64,000 nucleotides of DNA from Minisyncoccia bacterium (GTDB lineage Bacteria > Patescibacteriota > Minisyncoccia > 2-02-FULL-40-12 > IGHO2-01-FULL-4-A): contig JBEKBN010000004.1 in assembly GCA_050015375.1 (NCBI GenBank), positions 15,188-79,187 on the forward strand. The letters run 5' to 3'. The notes under the pieces are model-generated. The model was not told where the DNA came from. It made no database searches and saw nothing but the letters and a program-made list of their open reading frames with translations. Of this stretch, positions 63,931 to 64,000 are shown piece by piece; positions within the stretch are counted from its first letter, which is position 1, and each line of letters starts with the position of its first letter. The position numbers and the translations under genes are program-made.

Positions 63931-64000
63931 GTGTAGAGTATACCATAAAACCTTTAAATATTTAACAATTGTCAGATTTAGATTGTATTAAGTTTAGAAA

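Noticed and set aside
1-64000. CRISPR arrays, rRNA genes, transposases or integrases
   Set aside because: No regularly spaced identical direct repeats of CRISPR type, no 16S/23S/5S signatures, and no DDE, tyrosine or serine recombinase motifs were found on reading either strand. The only mobile-element-like signals are the tRNA-adjacent island and the palindromic elements.

Overview
The gene content suggests a compact, fairly AT-rich bacterial genome. It fits a reduced-genome lineage such as Candidate Phyla Radiation/Patescibacteria, but this is inference from gene content only: no rRNA gene in the window supports it. Most of the window is housekeeping: proS, lysS, serS, an mreB-mreC-mreD-mrdA rod-shape operon, greA, dnaX, rarA, pyrD, mnmA, murJ, bcp, a dsbA-VKOR pair, glgA with a GH57 enzyme, a GH15 glucoamylase-like gene, a DEAD-box helicase, an OmpR/histidine-kinase pair, and an ECF sigma factor with a MacAB-like efflux module. 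The parts that are not ordinary: (1) a tRNA-Gln(UUG) with a mosaic-composition accessory island beside it, encoding an HTH protein that reads into the tRNA, a eukaryote-like SET-domain methyltransferase, a GC-rich orphan ORF, and a translationally coupled GIY-YIG / MazG-like / GNAT triad. (2) A membrane-anchored VirB4/VirD4-superfamily (DUF87-like) P-loop ATPase operon with a Pro-rich partner and a GtrA-like protein, next to two GT39 glycosyltransferases. (3) A set of GC-rich, long-hairpin intergenic elements of about 200-260 nt at five or more loci, plus an 820-bp GC-rich stretch with no credible ORF, which may be unannotated structured RNAs or a MITE/REP-like repeat family. (4) A recurring leaderless-type start context, an extended -10 box TGnTAnnAT placed 6-8 nt upstream of the ATG, at eight or more genes, alongside classic SD-led genes. 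(5) Several perfect palindromes and dispersed short repeats. All calls come from reading the sequence and the supplied ORF translations. No database search was run.
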